64,000 nt of DNA from Chiloscyllium plagiosum. Lineage: Eukaryota. Each line of letters begins with the position of its first letter. Position 1 is the first letter of the stretch. Below, piece after piece: positions 1 to 12,538 of this stretch. Under the pieces are notes generated by a model. That model ran no database searches. It worked only from the letters and a program-made list of their open reading frames with translations, and was not told the origin of the DNA. Both the position numbers and the translations under genes were made by a program. Location of the stretch: assembly GCF_004010195.1 (NCBI RefSeq), contig NC_057718.1, forward strand, positions 23,466,637 to 23,530,636. Direction: 5' to 3'.

Positions 1-515
1 AGAAATAGGCCATTCAGACCCTTGAATCTGCATTTGCCATTCAATAACAATCCAGTAACCTCCAGCTCATGTTCCTGCCTAACTCTGATAACCTTGTACT
101 CCCTGGCATGACCAGAATCTATTTTCCTCTGCCTTAAAAACATTCAAGGACGCTACTTTAACACCTTCTCAGGAAGAAAGTTTCGCCCTCTTGGAGAAGA
201 AATGTTACCTAATCTCTGTTTAAATAGATGAACTCTGATTTTTAAAAAGTTAGCCTTCGTTCCAGATTCTCCCATGAGGAAACATTCTCTCCACATCTAC
301 CCTGTAATTACACCTCAGAATTTATGTTATTTGGTTCAATCAAGTCAGCACTTACTCTTGTAAACTCCAAAGGATACCAAGTACAATCTGCTCAATCTTT
401 CCTCATAAATCAATCAACCCCCTTTCAGATGTTAGCAAACCTTCTCTGATCTGCCCCCAATGTATTTTCATCCTTCCTTAAATAAAGTGACCAATATTCT
501 GCACAGTACTCCACA
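1..515 (-). mobile_element. CR1 LINE 3' fragment, decayed
   Basis: Reverse complement of CR1 ORF2 C-terminus and 3' UTR; resembles copy at 11560-12010. Confidence 0.7.
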
Positions 516-518
516 GGT

Positions 519-640
519 AGATGATGAAGGAGTAGCAGTTTGAAAACTCGTACTTCCAAATAAAACTGTTGGCTTATAACCTAGTGTTGTGTGATTTTTA
601 ACTTTGTCCACCCCAGTCCAACACCGGCACGTCCATATCA
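519..640 (+). mobile_element. Penelope-like terminal-repeat fragment with decayed hammerhead core
   Basis: atgatgaaggagtagcagtttgaaaact followed by ccaaataaaactgttggcttataacctagtgttgtgtgatttttaac, a recognisable shark PLE terminus. Confidence 0.55.
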
Positions 641-759
641 TACTTTTACAACAAACACAGATAATGCAAAAGAAACTCAGCAGGTCTAGCAGCATTGATG
701 GAGAGAAAAACAGAGTTAACCTTTCCAGTCAAGTTTGATACTTCTTCAAAACTCTGCTT

Positions 760-1175
760 ACTTTTGAATTCAATTCCCTTGCAATAACTATATCATTCAT
801 TGAGTTGCTCTAATTACTTGCTGTACCTGCATTCTAACTTTGTGTGATTCATGCACTCAGTCACCCAGATTCTCTTGCATCCCAGCACTGCAATATTTTA
901 CCATTTAGATTCTTCTTTAATCTTCTTGCCAAATCGGAAAAAGAAATCACACTACCTCACATTATACTCCAATTTCTATAACTTTGCCCACTCACCTAAT
1001 CTATCTATATCTTTTTGTACCATCCTTATGTCCTCTTCAGAAATTATTTTCCTAGCTATCCTTGTGTCATCAGCAAATTTGACAACCGTACCTTCTGTCA
1101 CACCTAAATCATTTCTATAAATCGTAGGCAATTGAGTGCCCAGTATCGAACCCTGTGGCACACTCACACATTGCA
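760..1175 (-). mobile_element. CR1 reverse transcriptase fragment
   Basis: ORF 976-1176 contains VPQGSILG and KFADDT RT motifs. Confidence 0.85.
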
Positions 1176-1539
1176 TCTAAGTCTGCATTCACAGCTGGTC
1201 ACATGCTTTCCTTGAGTCACTCAGCTCCACAAATAGCAACCAAGCTCACAAGCTCATTACTTTGAGTGTAGCCATTGAGAATGACACAAACTAACCTAGC
1301 AGAAAAGGGCAAACATGATTTGGGATGCATTAATTCAAATTTTTTAAAATAAATAATTTTAGCATCATACCATTTCAACCTAAAATAGGATACTGGAGGA
1401 ATAAAAGTTTCGAGATCATTTTCTGACCTCTGTTAAGTTAGTGGAGGCAGTCCTCTTGTTAGCTTTGCAGATTTAAGGAATTACTGATGTTAATCCATTC
1501 TTGTGCAAGTAAGTAGAATAGAATTGTTAAGGTTAATGC

Positions 1540-1862
1540 AGTGGCACGGTGGCTCATTGGTTAGCACTGTTGCCTCACAGCGCCAGGTTTGATTCCAGTC
1601 TCGGGCGACTGTCTGTGTGGAGTTTGCACATTCTCCCCATGTCTGCATGGGTTTGCTCCAGTTTCCTCCTACAGTCCAAAGATGTGAAGGTTAGGTGAAT
1701 TGGCCATGCTAAATTGTCCATAGTGTTCAGGGATGTGTAGGTAGGGTGTGTAAGTTAGGGGTAAATATAGGGAAGGAGAATGGGTCTGGGTGGGTTACTG
1801 TTCTGAGGGTTAGTGTGGACTTGTTGGGCTGAAGGGCCTTTTCCCACACTGTAGGGATTCTA
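1540..1862 (+). mobile_element. HE1-type V-SINE (tRNA-derived)
   Basis: tRNA head ggcacggtggctcattggttagcactg, V-domain gtgtggagtttgcacattctcccc, CR1-like tail cacactgtagggattcta. Confidence 0.9.
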
Positions 1863-2825
1863 TATTCTTATATATATGTTTTTGTAGGGATGCTATAATC
1901 TTAATCTGCCAATTGCATAAGCTCCTAACATTTGCTGTAAAGTGCTATGTATGAACAGAGCTCACTTGAGTGAGATACCAAAGTGTGAGAAGAGTATATA
2001 GAACAGGATGGAAGCCAGTAAAGAAAGTTGGTGAGGTTATTTCCTTACCCTTCATTCTCTGAGCTATTTACCCCAATCCTGTTACATTATGACTTCTTAC
2101 GCACTCTAACTGGATTAATGTTACATTAGATTTGCGTTAGTCCCAGAGGCGAAGGCTTACACTTCAAAGACTTTAATTTTGCTCAGATAAGATTTTGCAG
2201 AAATATGTTAACAGTAACAGTTGAGTGGAATTTCAACGCCTAGGTATTAGCAATTATATCTTGCTTTTATTTATAACTAAAATATATCCCTTATCCATCA
2301 AAAGAGGAGAAGGAATATGATAGTAAAATACTTAATCGTAGCTTGATTTGTTTGTCTTTTCTGCCTCTGTCTTTTTATTTTTGACAGACCCCATTTTCTT
2401 CTTTGACATCTGGAACATTTCCAAAGAACATTTTATACATTTTGCAGGTTTTTTTTGCTGCCAGTCTCTTTGCAATCTGAACAATAACTTGTTCAACAAC
2501 AACTTTATATATTTTCTGATAATCTCCATTCACTACGTTCCTTAAATTTTGAAAATATTTATATGTCCTGTTGTGCTACACTATCTGTAAGTATTTCACT
2601 TAGAGTTTAAAACTTTTATTCTGTATAATTATATATTTCATTCATGTTTTCATTAGAAATATGGATGCAGAAGGTTAAGAATAGGAGAGTCTCCTGGTCA
2701 GTCATGACGCAGATTATGATCCTAAAATGACAGCTTCTGGTTTCTGGTGTTTGTTGATCATTATTTCAACTGAGTGTATGTTCCTGAATCTACCCAATTG
2801 CCTGTCATAGCTATTTATTCTGTTT

Positions 2826-2963
2826 GCATCCAAGGAGCAGGAGAATCGACGTTTCGGGCATAAGCCCTTCTCCTGCACCTTGGATGCTGCCTGACCTGCT
2901 GCGCTTTTCCAACAACACATTTTTCAGCTCTGATCTCCAGCAACTGCAGTCCTCACTTTCTCC
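2826..2963. mobile_element. Fold-back PLE-derived mini-element with 17-bp TSD
   Basis: Inverted arms gcatccaaggagcaggagaa / ttctcctgcaccttggatgc; TSD ctatttattc(t/a)gtttgc at 2811-2827 and 2963-2979. Confidence 0.8.
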
Positions 2964-3027
2964 TATTTATTCAGTTTGCCTGACATAATTTGATTTAGGA
3001 GATTTTTAGAACACAAGCATGTCCAGG

Positions 3028-3104
3028 CTGGTAGTATCCCAACCTCTGAGCTAGGAGGCTAGGCTTCAAGTCCCACTCCAGAGGTGTATAAGAACTTGTT
3101 TCAG
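3028..3104 (+). mobile_element. Short tRNA-derived SINE
   Basis: B-box-like ggcttcaagtcc; homologous to 21815-21900, 39955-40070, 42795-42900. Confidence 0.6.
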
Positions 3105-4505
3105 AGGTGTGTAAGGTGGTCCAATCAGTAAGTTTGCAGATGACACGAAGATTGATGGAGTAGAGGACTGTCAAAGAATACAGGAGAATGTAGATAGACT
3201 GGAGAGTTGGGCGGAGAAGTGACAGATGGACTTCAATCCAGGCAAATGTGAGGTGATGCACTTTGGAAAGTCTAATTCTAGAGCAAACTATACTGTAAAT
3301 GGAAGAGCCTTGGGAAAATTTGATGAACAGAGAGATCTGGGAGTTCAGGACCATTGTACCCTGAAGGCAGCTGCATTTGATAAGGTTCCTAATAATAGAC
3401 CATTGCAAAAATACAAAGGCATGGGATTGAGGGTGACTTAGTCATTTAGATCAGAAATTAGCGAGCTGCAAGAAGACAGAGGGTGGTGTTTGATAGGAAA
3501 TATTCACCCTGGAGTTCAGTTACTAGTGGTGTCCTGCAAGGGTCTGTTTTGGGGCCACTGCTGTTTTTCATTTTTATAAATGATCTGGATGAAGGAGTAG
3601 AAAGATGGGTTAGTAACTTTGCAGATGACACTAAAATCAGTACGATTGTAGATCGTGCAGAAGGATGTTGCGGGTTACAGAGGAACATAGATAAGCTGCA
3701 GAGCTGGGCTGAGAGGTAGCAAATGGAGTTTAATGCAAAAAAGTGTGAGATGATTCACTTTGGAAGGAGTAACAGGAATACAGAATACTGAGCTAATGGT
3801 AAGATTCTTGGTAGTGTGGTTGAGCAGAGAGATCTTGGTGTCCATGTGCAGAGGTCCCAGAAAGTTGCCACCCAGGTTGATAGGATTGTTAAGAAGGTAT
3901 AAGGTGTGTTAGGTTTTTATTGGTAGAGGGATTGAGTTTCAGAACCATGAGGTCATGTTGCACCTATACAAAACTCTGGTGTGGATGTAATTGGAGTATT
4001 GCGTGTAGTCCTGGTCACTGCATTATAATAAGGATGTGGAAGCATTGGAAAGGATGCAAAGAAGATTTACCAGGATGTTGCCTGGTACGGAGGGAAGGTC
4101 TTATGAGGAAAAGCTGAGGCTGTTTCATTAGAGCGAAGAAGGTTGAAAAGTGACTTAATAGATACATTCAAGATGATCAGGAGGATTAGATAGGGTGGAC
4201 AGTGAGAGCCCTTTTCCTCAGATGGTGATGGCTAGCATGAGGGGGCATAGCTTTAAATTGAGGGGTGATAGATATAGGACAGATGTCAGAGGTAGTTTCT
4301 TTACTCAGAGACTAATTAGGATGTGGAATGCCTTGCCTGCAACAGTAGTAGACTCGCCAACTTTAAGAGCATTTAAATATTCATTAGATAAACATATAGA
4401 TGATAATGGAATAGTGTAGGTTAGATGGGCTTCAGATTGGTTTCACAGGTTAGTGCAACATTGAGAGCCGAAGGGCCTATACTGTGCTGTAATGTTCTAT
4501 GTTCT
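3105..4505 (+). mobile_element. CR1 LINE ORF2 RT and 3' end (two juxtaposed fragments)
   Basis: [42 protein letters not shown] and gttctat tail. Confidence 0.92.
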
Positions 4506-5302
4506 TTGCCAATTACCTCAAATCTGTTCTTTTTCATGCTCAATTCTACCAGCAATGGGAAAAGATCTTCACAGCTCATTCTGTCCAGACCCCTCACGAT
4601 TTAGAATATCTCTATCAAATATCCCCATAAATCTCCAAGGAAATCAGTCATAACTTCTCCAATTTATTGAAGGAATTGACTCTTTGTGCATTTCTGTGTC
4701 TTAGTGAATCATTCAATGGAAATATGTTTTGGGAGAAACATTGAAGAGTAACTCTGTTCTTAACAATTCTTTTTAAAACCATTTAGTCTAACTGTTCTTC
4801 ACTCTCATTCACTGACCATTTAAATTCACGAACCCATTTATCACCAATAATTTATTTTTCATTTGTGTCCTATGAAAGCCTTCCAAATGCAAAATATTAC
4901 ATTCTATCTCTGTCTTCTCAGTGAACTTAGATATAAGGGCTGGTACCTTATGGTATCATTGATTCACTTTATTTCTTCCCCACTATAGGATATTATCAAG
5001 TCTGATGCAATCCCTGCTAAATGCTGTTTCCCAGTCCCAACACTTTTCATCATTAACTCTGACCCTCTGCGAAGTAATGGATCTGTTTTATTCTTTGTTA
5101 ACACATTCAGCAGCATGAAATAGCTCCCATTAGGTCGTGTACTCAACTTTCCCCAATCCCTTGGAAATTATAACATAAAGAAACTTTCATAAAATCACTG
5201 CTTGATGAACATAAAATATTTAATGCAAAATTTATTTAACTGTACATGTTTAAACAATCTATAAATGCAATTATTTATCTAAATTGATGAAATATATTTG
5301 AC

Positions 5303-6691
5303 AGTCATAGAGATGTACAGCATGGAAACAGACCCTTTGGTCTGTGCTGACCAGATATCCTCACCTAATATAGTCCGATTTGCCAGCATTTGGCCCATAT
5401 CTCTCTAAACCCTTCCTATTCATATATCCATCCAGATGCCTTTAAATGTAGTAATTGAACCAACCCCTCTCCAGTTCCTCTGGCAGCTTGTTCTATACAT
5501 GTACCACCCTCTGCCTGAAAAGATTGCCTCTTAAGTCCCTTGTAAGTCTTTCCCCTCTTACCTGAAACCTATGTTCTCTAGTTTTGGTTTCCCCCAACCC
5601 AGGGAAAAGACTTTGTCTATTCACCTAATCCATGCCCCTCATGATTTTGTGAACCTTCATAAGTCACCCTTTAGCCTCCAATGCTCCAGAGAAAATAGCC
5701 ACAGTCTATTCTGCCTCTCTCTAAATCTCAAACCCTCCAACGCTGGCAACACCCTTGTCAATCTTTTCTGAACCCTATCAAGTTTCACAACATCCTTCCC
5801 AGAGCAGGGAGACCAGAATTGAACACTGTATGTCAAAAGTGGCCTAACCAATGTCCTGTACAGCCACAACATGACTTCCCAACTCCTGTACTCAGTACTC
5901 TGACCAGTAAAGGAAAGCATACTGAATGCATTCTTCACTATCCTATCTATCTGTGACTCCACTTTCAAGGAACTATGAACCTGCACTCCAAGGTCTCTTT
6001 GTTCAGCAACACTCCCCAGGACCTTAACATTTAGTGTATAAGTCCTGCTCTGATATGCTTTCCCAAAATGCAGCACTTCACAAAAATTATCTAGATTAAA
6101 CTCTATCTACCACTCCTCAGCCCATTGGCCCATTTGGTCAAGGTCCTGTTGTAGTCTGAGGTAACCTCTTTCACTGCTCACGACGCCTCTAATTTTGGTG
6201 TCATCTACAAACTTACTAACTATACCTCCTATGTTCACATCCAAATCATTTACATAAATGTCTATACCTGACAAAGCAGTGGACCCAGCACCAATCCTTG
6301 TGGCACATCACTGGTCACCGACTTCTAGTCTGAAAAGCAATGCTCCACTACCACCCACTGTCTTCTACCTTTGAGCCAGTTCTGAATCCAAATGGATAGT
6401 TCTCCCTGTATTCTATCTCATCTAATTTTGCTAACCAGTGAGCCATGTTGAACACCTTACTGAAACCATATTGATCACGTCCATTACGCTATGCTAATCA
6501 ATCCTCTTCGTTACTTCTCAAATAAATCTCAGTCAAGTTTGTGAGGCATGATTTCCCACTCAAAAAGCCACATTGACAATCCCTAATCAGTCCTTGACTT
6601 TCCAATTACATGTATATCCTGTCGTCAGATTCCCTCCAACAACCTGCCTGTTACCGACATCAGGCTCACTGGTCTATAGTTCCCTGGCTTG
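5303..6691 (-). mobile_element. 5'-truncated CR1 LINE
   Basis: ORF 5657-6076 (LHFGK..LYRTLVRPLL..VQFWSP); tail catagagatgtacagcatgg. Confidence 0.92.
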
Positions 6692-9217
6692 TCATAGAGT
6701 CATAGAGATGTACAGCATGGAAATAGACCCTTCGGTCCAAATTAGTCCATGCCGACCAGATATCCCAACCCAATCTAATCCCACCTGCCAGCACCCGGTC
6801 CATATCTCTCTAAACCCTTCCTACTCATATACCCATACAAATGAGTCTTAAATGTTGCAATTGTACCAGCCTCCACCACTTCCTCTGGCAGCTAATTCCA
6901 TATACATACCACTCTCTGTGTGAAATAGTTGCTCCTTAGGTCTCTTTTATATCTTTCCCCGCTCACCCTGAACCTATGCCTTCTAGTTCTGGACTCCCCG
7001 ATGCCAGGGAAAAGACTTTGCCTATTTACCCTATCCATGCCCCTCATAATTTTGTAAACTTCTGTAAGGTCACCCCTCAGCCTCTGATGTTCCAAGGAAA
7101 ACAGCCCTAGCCTGTTCAGCCTCTTCCTATAGCTCAAATCCTCCAACCCTGGCAACCCTTTCAAGTTTCACAACATCTTTCCGATAGGAAGGAGACCAGA
7201 ATTGGATGCAATATTCCAACAGTGGCCTAACCAATGTCCTGTACAGCTGCAACATGACCTCTCAACTCCTGTACTCAATACTCTGACCAATAAAGGANNN
7301 NNNNNNNNNNNNNNNNNNNNNNNNNNNNNNNNNNNNNNNNNNNNNNNNNNNNNNNNNNNNNNNNNNNNNNNNNNNNNNNNNNNNNNACTGGTCACAGGCC
7401 TCCAGTCTGAAAAACAGCCCTCCACCACCACCCTTTGAGCCAGTTCTGTATCCAAATGGCTAGTTCTCCCTGTATTCCATGAGATCTAACCTTGCTAATC
7501 AGTCTCCCATGTGGAACCTTGTCGAACGCCTTACTGAAGTCCATATAGACCACATCTACTGCTCTTCCCTCATCAATCCTCTTTGTTACTTCCTCAAAAA
7601 ACTCAAACAAGTTTGTGAGATATGATTTCCCATGCACAAAGCCATGTTGACTATCCCGAATCAGTCCTTGCCTTTCCAAATAAATGTACGTCCTGTCCCT
7701 CAGGATTCCTCCAACAACTTGCCCACCACCAACGTCAGGCTCACCGGTATATAGTTCCCTGGCTTGTCCTTACCACCATTCTTAAACAGTGGCAACACAT
7801 TACCCAACCTCCAGTCTTATATCACCTCACCTGTGAATATTGATGATACAAATATCTCAGCAAGGGGCCCAAGAATCACTCCCCTAGCTTCCCACAGCAT
7901 TCTAGGTTACACCTGATCAGGTCCTGGGGATTTATTCACTTTTTTGCATTTTAAGCCATCCAACACCACCTCCACTGTAATATGGACATTTTTGAAGATG
8001 ACGCTCATTATTTAACCATGCTTTATACCTTTCATATCCTTCTCCACAGTAAACACTGATGCAAAATATTCATTTAATATTTCCCCTATCTCCTGCAGTT
8101 CCACACATAAGCAGCCTTGCTGATCTTTAAGGAGCCCTGTTCTCTCCCTACTTACCCTTTTGTCCTTAATATATTTCTGAAATCCCTTTGGATTCTCCTT
8201 AATCCTATTTGCCAAAGCTATCTCATGTCCCCTTTTTGCCCTCCTGATTTCCCTCTTAAGTATACTCCTACTGCCTTTATACTCCTCTGAGGATTCACCC
8301 AATCTCTGCTGTTTATACCTGATATATGCTTCCTTCCTTTTCTTAACCAAACCCTCAATTTCTTTAGTCATCCAGCATTCCTTACACCTACCTGCCTTTC
8401 CTTTCACCCGAACAGGAATATACTGTCTCTGGACTCACGTTATCTCATTTCGGAAGGCTTCCCATTTTCCAGCCGTCCCTTTATCTGAAAATATCCGTCA
8501 ATCAGCTTTCAAAAGTTCTTGCCTAATACCGTCAAAATTGGCCTTCCTCCAATTTAGAACTTTAACTTTTAGATCCAGTCTATTCTTTTCCATCACTATT
8601 TTAAAACTAACAGAATTATGGTCGCTGGCCCCAAAGTGCTCCCCCACTGACATCTCAGTCACCTGCCCTGTCTTATTTCCCAAGAGCAGGTCAAGTTTTG
8701 CACCGTCTGTAGTAGGTACATCCCACATACTGAATCAGAAAATGTTCTTGGACACACTTAACAAAATTCTTCTCCATCTAAATCCTTAACACTATGGCAG
8801 GCCCAGTGTATGTTTGGAAAGTTAAAATCCCCTGCCATAACCACCCTATTATTCTTACAGAAAACTGAGATCTCCTTACAAATTTGTTTCTCAATTTCCT
8901 GCTGAATATTGGGGGATCTAAGGTACAATCCTCATGAGGTGATCATCCCTTTCTGATTTCTCGCTTCCACCCAAATAACTTCTGTAGACATATTCCCAGG
9001 AATTCCTAAGTACAGTCGTAATGTTATCCCGAATCAAAAACACCAATTCCCCCTCCTCTCTTGCCCCTCTCTAGTGTCTATACCTGGAACTTTAAGCTGC
9101 CCGTCCTGTCCATCCCTGAGCCATGTTTCTGTAATTGTTATGATATTCTAATCCCATGATCCCAATCGTGCCCTGAGTTCATCTGCCTTATCTGTTAAGC
9201 CTCTGTCATTGAAATAA
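6692..9217 (-). mobile_element. CR1 LINE, most of ORF2 (APE endonuclease + RT), frameshifted, contains N gap
   Basis: APE start YFNDRGL..KADELRA..ITETWL near 9100-9217, LDLLLGN/SDHN, SQHGF..YMDFSKAFDKVPH, (catagagt)n tail. Confidence 0.93.
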
Positions 9218-9569
9218 ATTATTGAGTATGAATTAGCATTAACTTAATAATTCAAGAACGAATGGTAGTTCTCAGCAGCCTATGTTTCATTGTTCATATG
9301 CCCATTGAATACAAACGCACTACTGTGGAAAGATATTTTTTGACTCAGATTTTCCAACAAAAATAACATTGAGGCCAGTGGTGTTCACCTCTGTTAAGAT
9401 GTAAATGTAATAGATTGCCATCTGCAAATACACTTTGAAACTGAGTAATCAAGTAGTTTCTGTTTCAGTCACCAGGAACTTGCACTCTAACAAAATACTC
9501 ACCGTTGAAAAGCATTGAACATACCAGTGTCATTTTCTAGTATGCACCCACTATACATGCTAGAGAATC

Positions 9570-9765
9570 ACTGAAAACAACAAATGTTGGAGATCACAGC
9601 AGGTCAGGCAGCATCCATGGAGAGAGAGCAAGCTAACAATTCGAGTCCAGATGACTCTTCATCAGAGCTCCACCAGTAAAGTTAGCCTGGTCTCTCTCCA
9701 AGGACCCGCTGTGATCTCCAACATTTTTTCTTTTCAGTACAGATTCCAGCATGTAATTTGCTCCT
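9570..9765. mobile_element. Fold-back PLE-derived mini-element
   Basis: Inverted arms aatgttggagatcacagc / gctgtgatctccaacatt; minus-strand core ctgatgaagagtcatctggactcgaat at 9638-9665. Confidence 0.7.
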
Positions 9766-9937
9766 ATATTATGTTGGTGAATGTTAGGCTTTGTCCATTC
9801 AAATGGAGATTAGTTTTTAATGATATGATAATGCTTAACTATTGCCAGAAAACTCTGACACAGAATAATTACCTTTAAAGAACGGAATCATTGTCCTGCA
9901 GATTTTAATTACCCACTACAGCTTTAAAAAAAAGATT

Positions 9938-10400
9938 CAGTTGGGGAGTCCAAAACTAAAGGGCATAGATTTAACGTGAGAGAGGAAAGATGTAAAAGAG
10001 ACCCAAGGGACAACTTTTTCACGCAGAGGATGGTGTGTGTTGTGTGTGGAATGAGCTGCTACAAGAAGTAGTGGAGGTTGGTACAATTACAACATTTAAA
10101 AGGCATCTGGATGGGTGAATAAGTAGGAAAAGCAAAGCTATATGATGCTGGCAAATGGAACTCGGTTAATTTAGGATGTCTGCTCAGCTTGGCCAAGTCG
10201 GACTAAAGGGTCCATATCCATGCTGTGTAACTCTATGACTCTATACTCAATACACTGACTAATAAAGGCAAGTGTACCAAATGTCTTCTTCACTAACCTA
10301 TCTACCTGTGACTCCAACTTCAAGGAATTATGTACCTGTACCCCAAGGTCTCTTTGTTCAGCGACATGGTGTGTTGGTCCCGCCCTGATTTGCCTTACTG
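9938..10400. mobile_element. CR1 3' end (+, to ~10243) abutting inverted CR1 RT fragment (-)
   Basis: actctatgactctat tail followed directly by reverse-complement RT sequence. Confidence 0.8.
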
Positions 10401-11189
10401 ATCAGCCATAACAATTGAATGTTGGAGCAGGTTTGAGAGCATAGATGAGTTACTTGTGTTCCTGTGCGTAATATATACACATATAAAACTCCTTTCCAAC
10501 TTTACCTTGTAATTCTACATTACAGCATTGTTACTTAATTAACACTTAACACAATTTCAATCTCAATTTTGTCTCTTTTTCCTTATTTTCATAGAATATG
10601 CATGACTCGAATAAATGCTTTATCTAATGTTTTACTGTGTCTTACAACACAATGAAACATTAAAACCCTTTTCTCAATAGTTTCTCCCGTGTTTGCTGCC
10701 CGCTATCTTCTCTGTATGAGAAACAGAACCTTGACTCAAACCCTTTTATGTCTCTTGCATTACCAGCAGAGATTAGAATAAACAATTCTAATTAAATATT
10801 CACTGGTTATCTTCTTACTCTTCATTATCAAAAGAAAACCTGGAATTAAAACCTGTGATTCACTTAGTGTCATTATTGAGGACTGGTTTGCATACAGAGC
10901 AGGCAAGACTTATTGAATTATGAGAATAGGCTTGGGATTCCCCGCTCCACCTCAGCAAGGTTACATGGAATATTGTGCAGGAAGCATACTAAAGAGATTT
11001 AAATGATTTGACCTTGCATACATAGGCGGCGTTGGTTGATAAGCTAATAACGTGAATGTATTTGGGAGCATTTTGTGTACAAGTCACTTTGATCTCACAT
11101 AGGAAACCAGCCCTTAAATGGCTTCAACTTCACAAGCATCAGCACTGATTTTAAACATGGTGGGCAGAACTTAATACTGCCCCTGCAAC

Positions 11190-11485
11190 ACATAGAGTCA
11201 TAGAGATGTACAGCATGGAAACAGACCCTTCGGTCCAACCCTTCCATGCCGACCAGATATCCCAACCCAATCTAGTCCCACCTGCCAGCCCATAGCCCTC
11301 CAAACACTACCTATTTATATATCCAACCAAATGCCTTTTAAATGTTGCAATTGTACCAGCCTCCACCACTTCCTCTGGCAGATCATTCCATACATGTATC
11401 ACCCTCTGCATGAAAAAGTTGCCCATTAGGTCTCTTTAATATCTTTCCCCTCTCACCCTAAACCTATGCCCTCTAGTTCTGGACA
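11190..11485 (-). mobile_element. CR1 3' end, young subfamily
   Basis: catagagtcatagagatgtacagcatggaaacagaccc; near-identical to 6692-6990. Confidence 0.9.
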
Positions 11486-11559
11486 TCTTCAGGGACAGGG
11501 GTGCATTTGACCCGGTGGGTGAGTGCAGTCTGGTACCTGGTTAGGCCACAAGTCTAGAA

Positions 11560-12010
11560 AAAATAGGGACAGAAGTAGGCTATTTGGCCCCTCGAGCTTG
11601 CTCCACCATTCAATAAGGTCATGGCTGATTCGATATTCCTCACATCTGCTTTCCTGCCCTTTCCCCATAGCTTATGATTCCTCTACTGATCAAGAATCTT
11701 TCTGTCTCTGCCTTAAATTTACACAAGGATTCAGTCTCCACAGCTGTCTGTGTCAAGGAGTTCCTAACATTTACAATCTTTAGAGAGGCAGCATTCCTCC
11801 TCACCTCAGTCTTAAATTGGCACCCCTTTATTCTGAGACTATGCCACATTATTCTTGGACTTTCCCATGCGGGGAGCATCCCACTCTGCATTTACCCTGT
11901 CAACCTCCTTAAGAATCCTAAACGTCTCAATGAGATCACCTCTCATTCTTCTAAACTCCAATGTGTCCCAACTTATTTCGCCTTAGCTCAGAAGACAATC
12001 CCTCCATACC
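11560..12010 (-). mobile_element. CR1 3' end, different subfamily
   Basis: ORF 11640-11891 HSLRIKG..FKTEVRRN..FKAETERFL. Confidence 0.8.
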
Positions 12011-12315
12011 TGTTTTTACCATTTCTGCATGATTAAGCCCCAGGCTGAAGGCTTGTGGACTGCCTACCTGCACAAACACAAGTTGAGATGCCAAGTGGGA
12101 TGGGGGTTGGGGGTGAACCTTATTTAAAGCCACGTTATGTGTGAATGAGAGCAGTGTTGGGAACCATGATTCTCTGTTTTCTTTCAAATGCTTAAGAGGC
12201 AACACCACTCCTCCCCCTCACCCCATTGCCTGGTAGGCAACCCTCCATCTCATGATGTCTATCCTGCCCACATTCAGTTGAATTTGCCTATAGTCTGGGT
12301 TCTTTGATAATGGCG

Positions 12316-12538
12316 AAAGTGGGTACTGCAGATGTTGGAAATTAGAGTCAAGATTTAAAGTAGTGCTGGAAAAGCACAACAGGTCAGGCAGCATCCAAAG
12401 AGCAGGAAAATCGATGTTTCGGACAAATGCTCTTCATCAGAAATACCTGATGAAGGACCTTTGCCCGAAACATTGATTTTCCTGCTCCTCGGATGCTCCC
12501 TGACCTGCTGTGCTTTTCCAGCACTACCCTAATCTTGT
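12316..12538. mobile_element. Fold-back PLE-derived mini-element with two opposed hammerhead cores
   Basis: Near-palindrome centred ~12443; + core ctgatgaaggacctttgcccgaaa 12447-12470; degenerate TSD 12300-12313 / 12540-12553. Confidence 0.8.

Noticed and set aside
1540..1620. tRNA gene
   Set aside because: tRNA-like head of a SINE, as are all tRNA-like motifs seen here
2332..2586. Exon-like signals on + (acceptors 2387/2447, donor 2587) and short open frames on -
   Set aside because: All plus frames contain stops and no peptide was recognised
4990..5130. Strong plus-strand acceptor with open frames (similar acceptors at 10594 and 13264)
   Set aside because: Weak or absent donors, no phase-consistent chain, no recognisable protein
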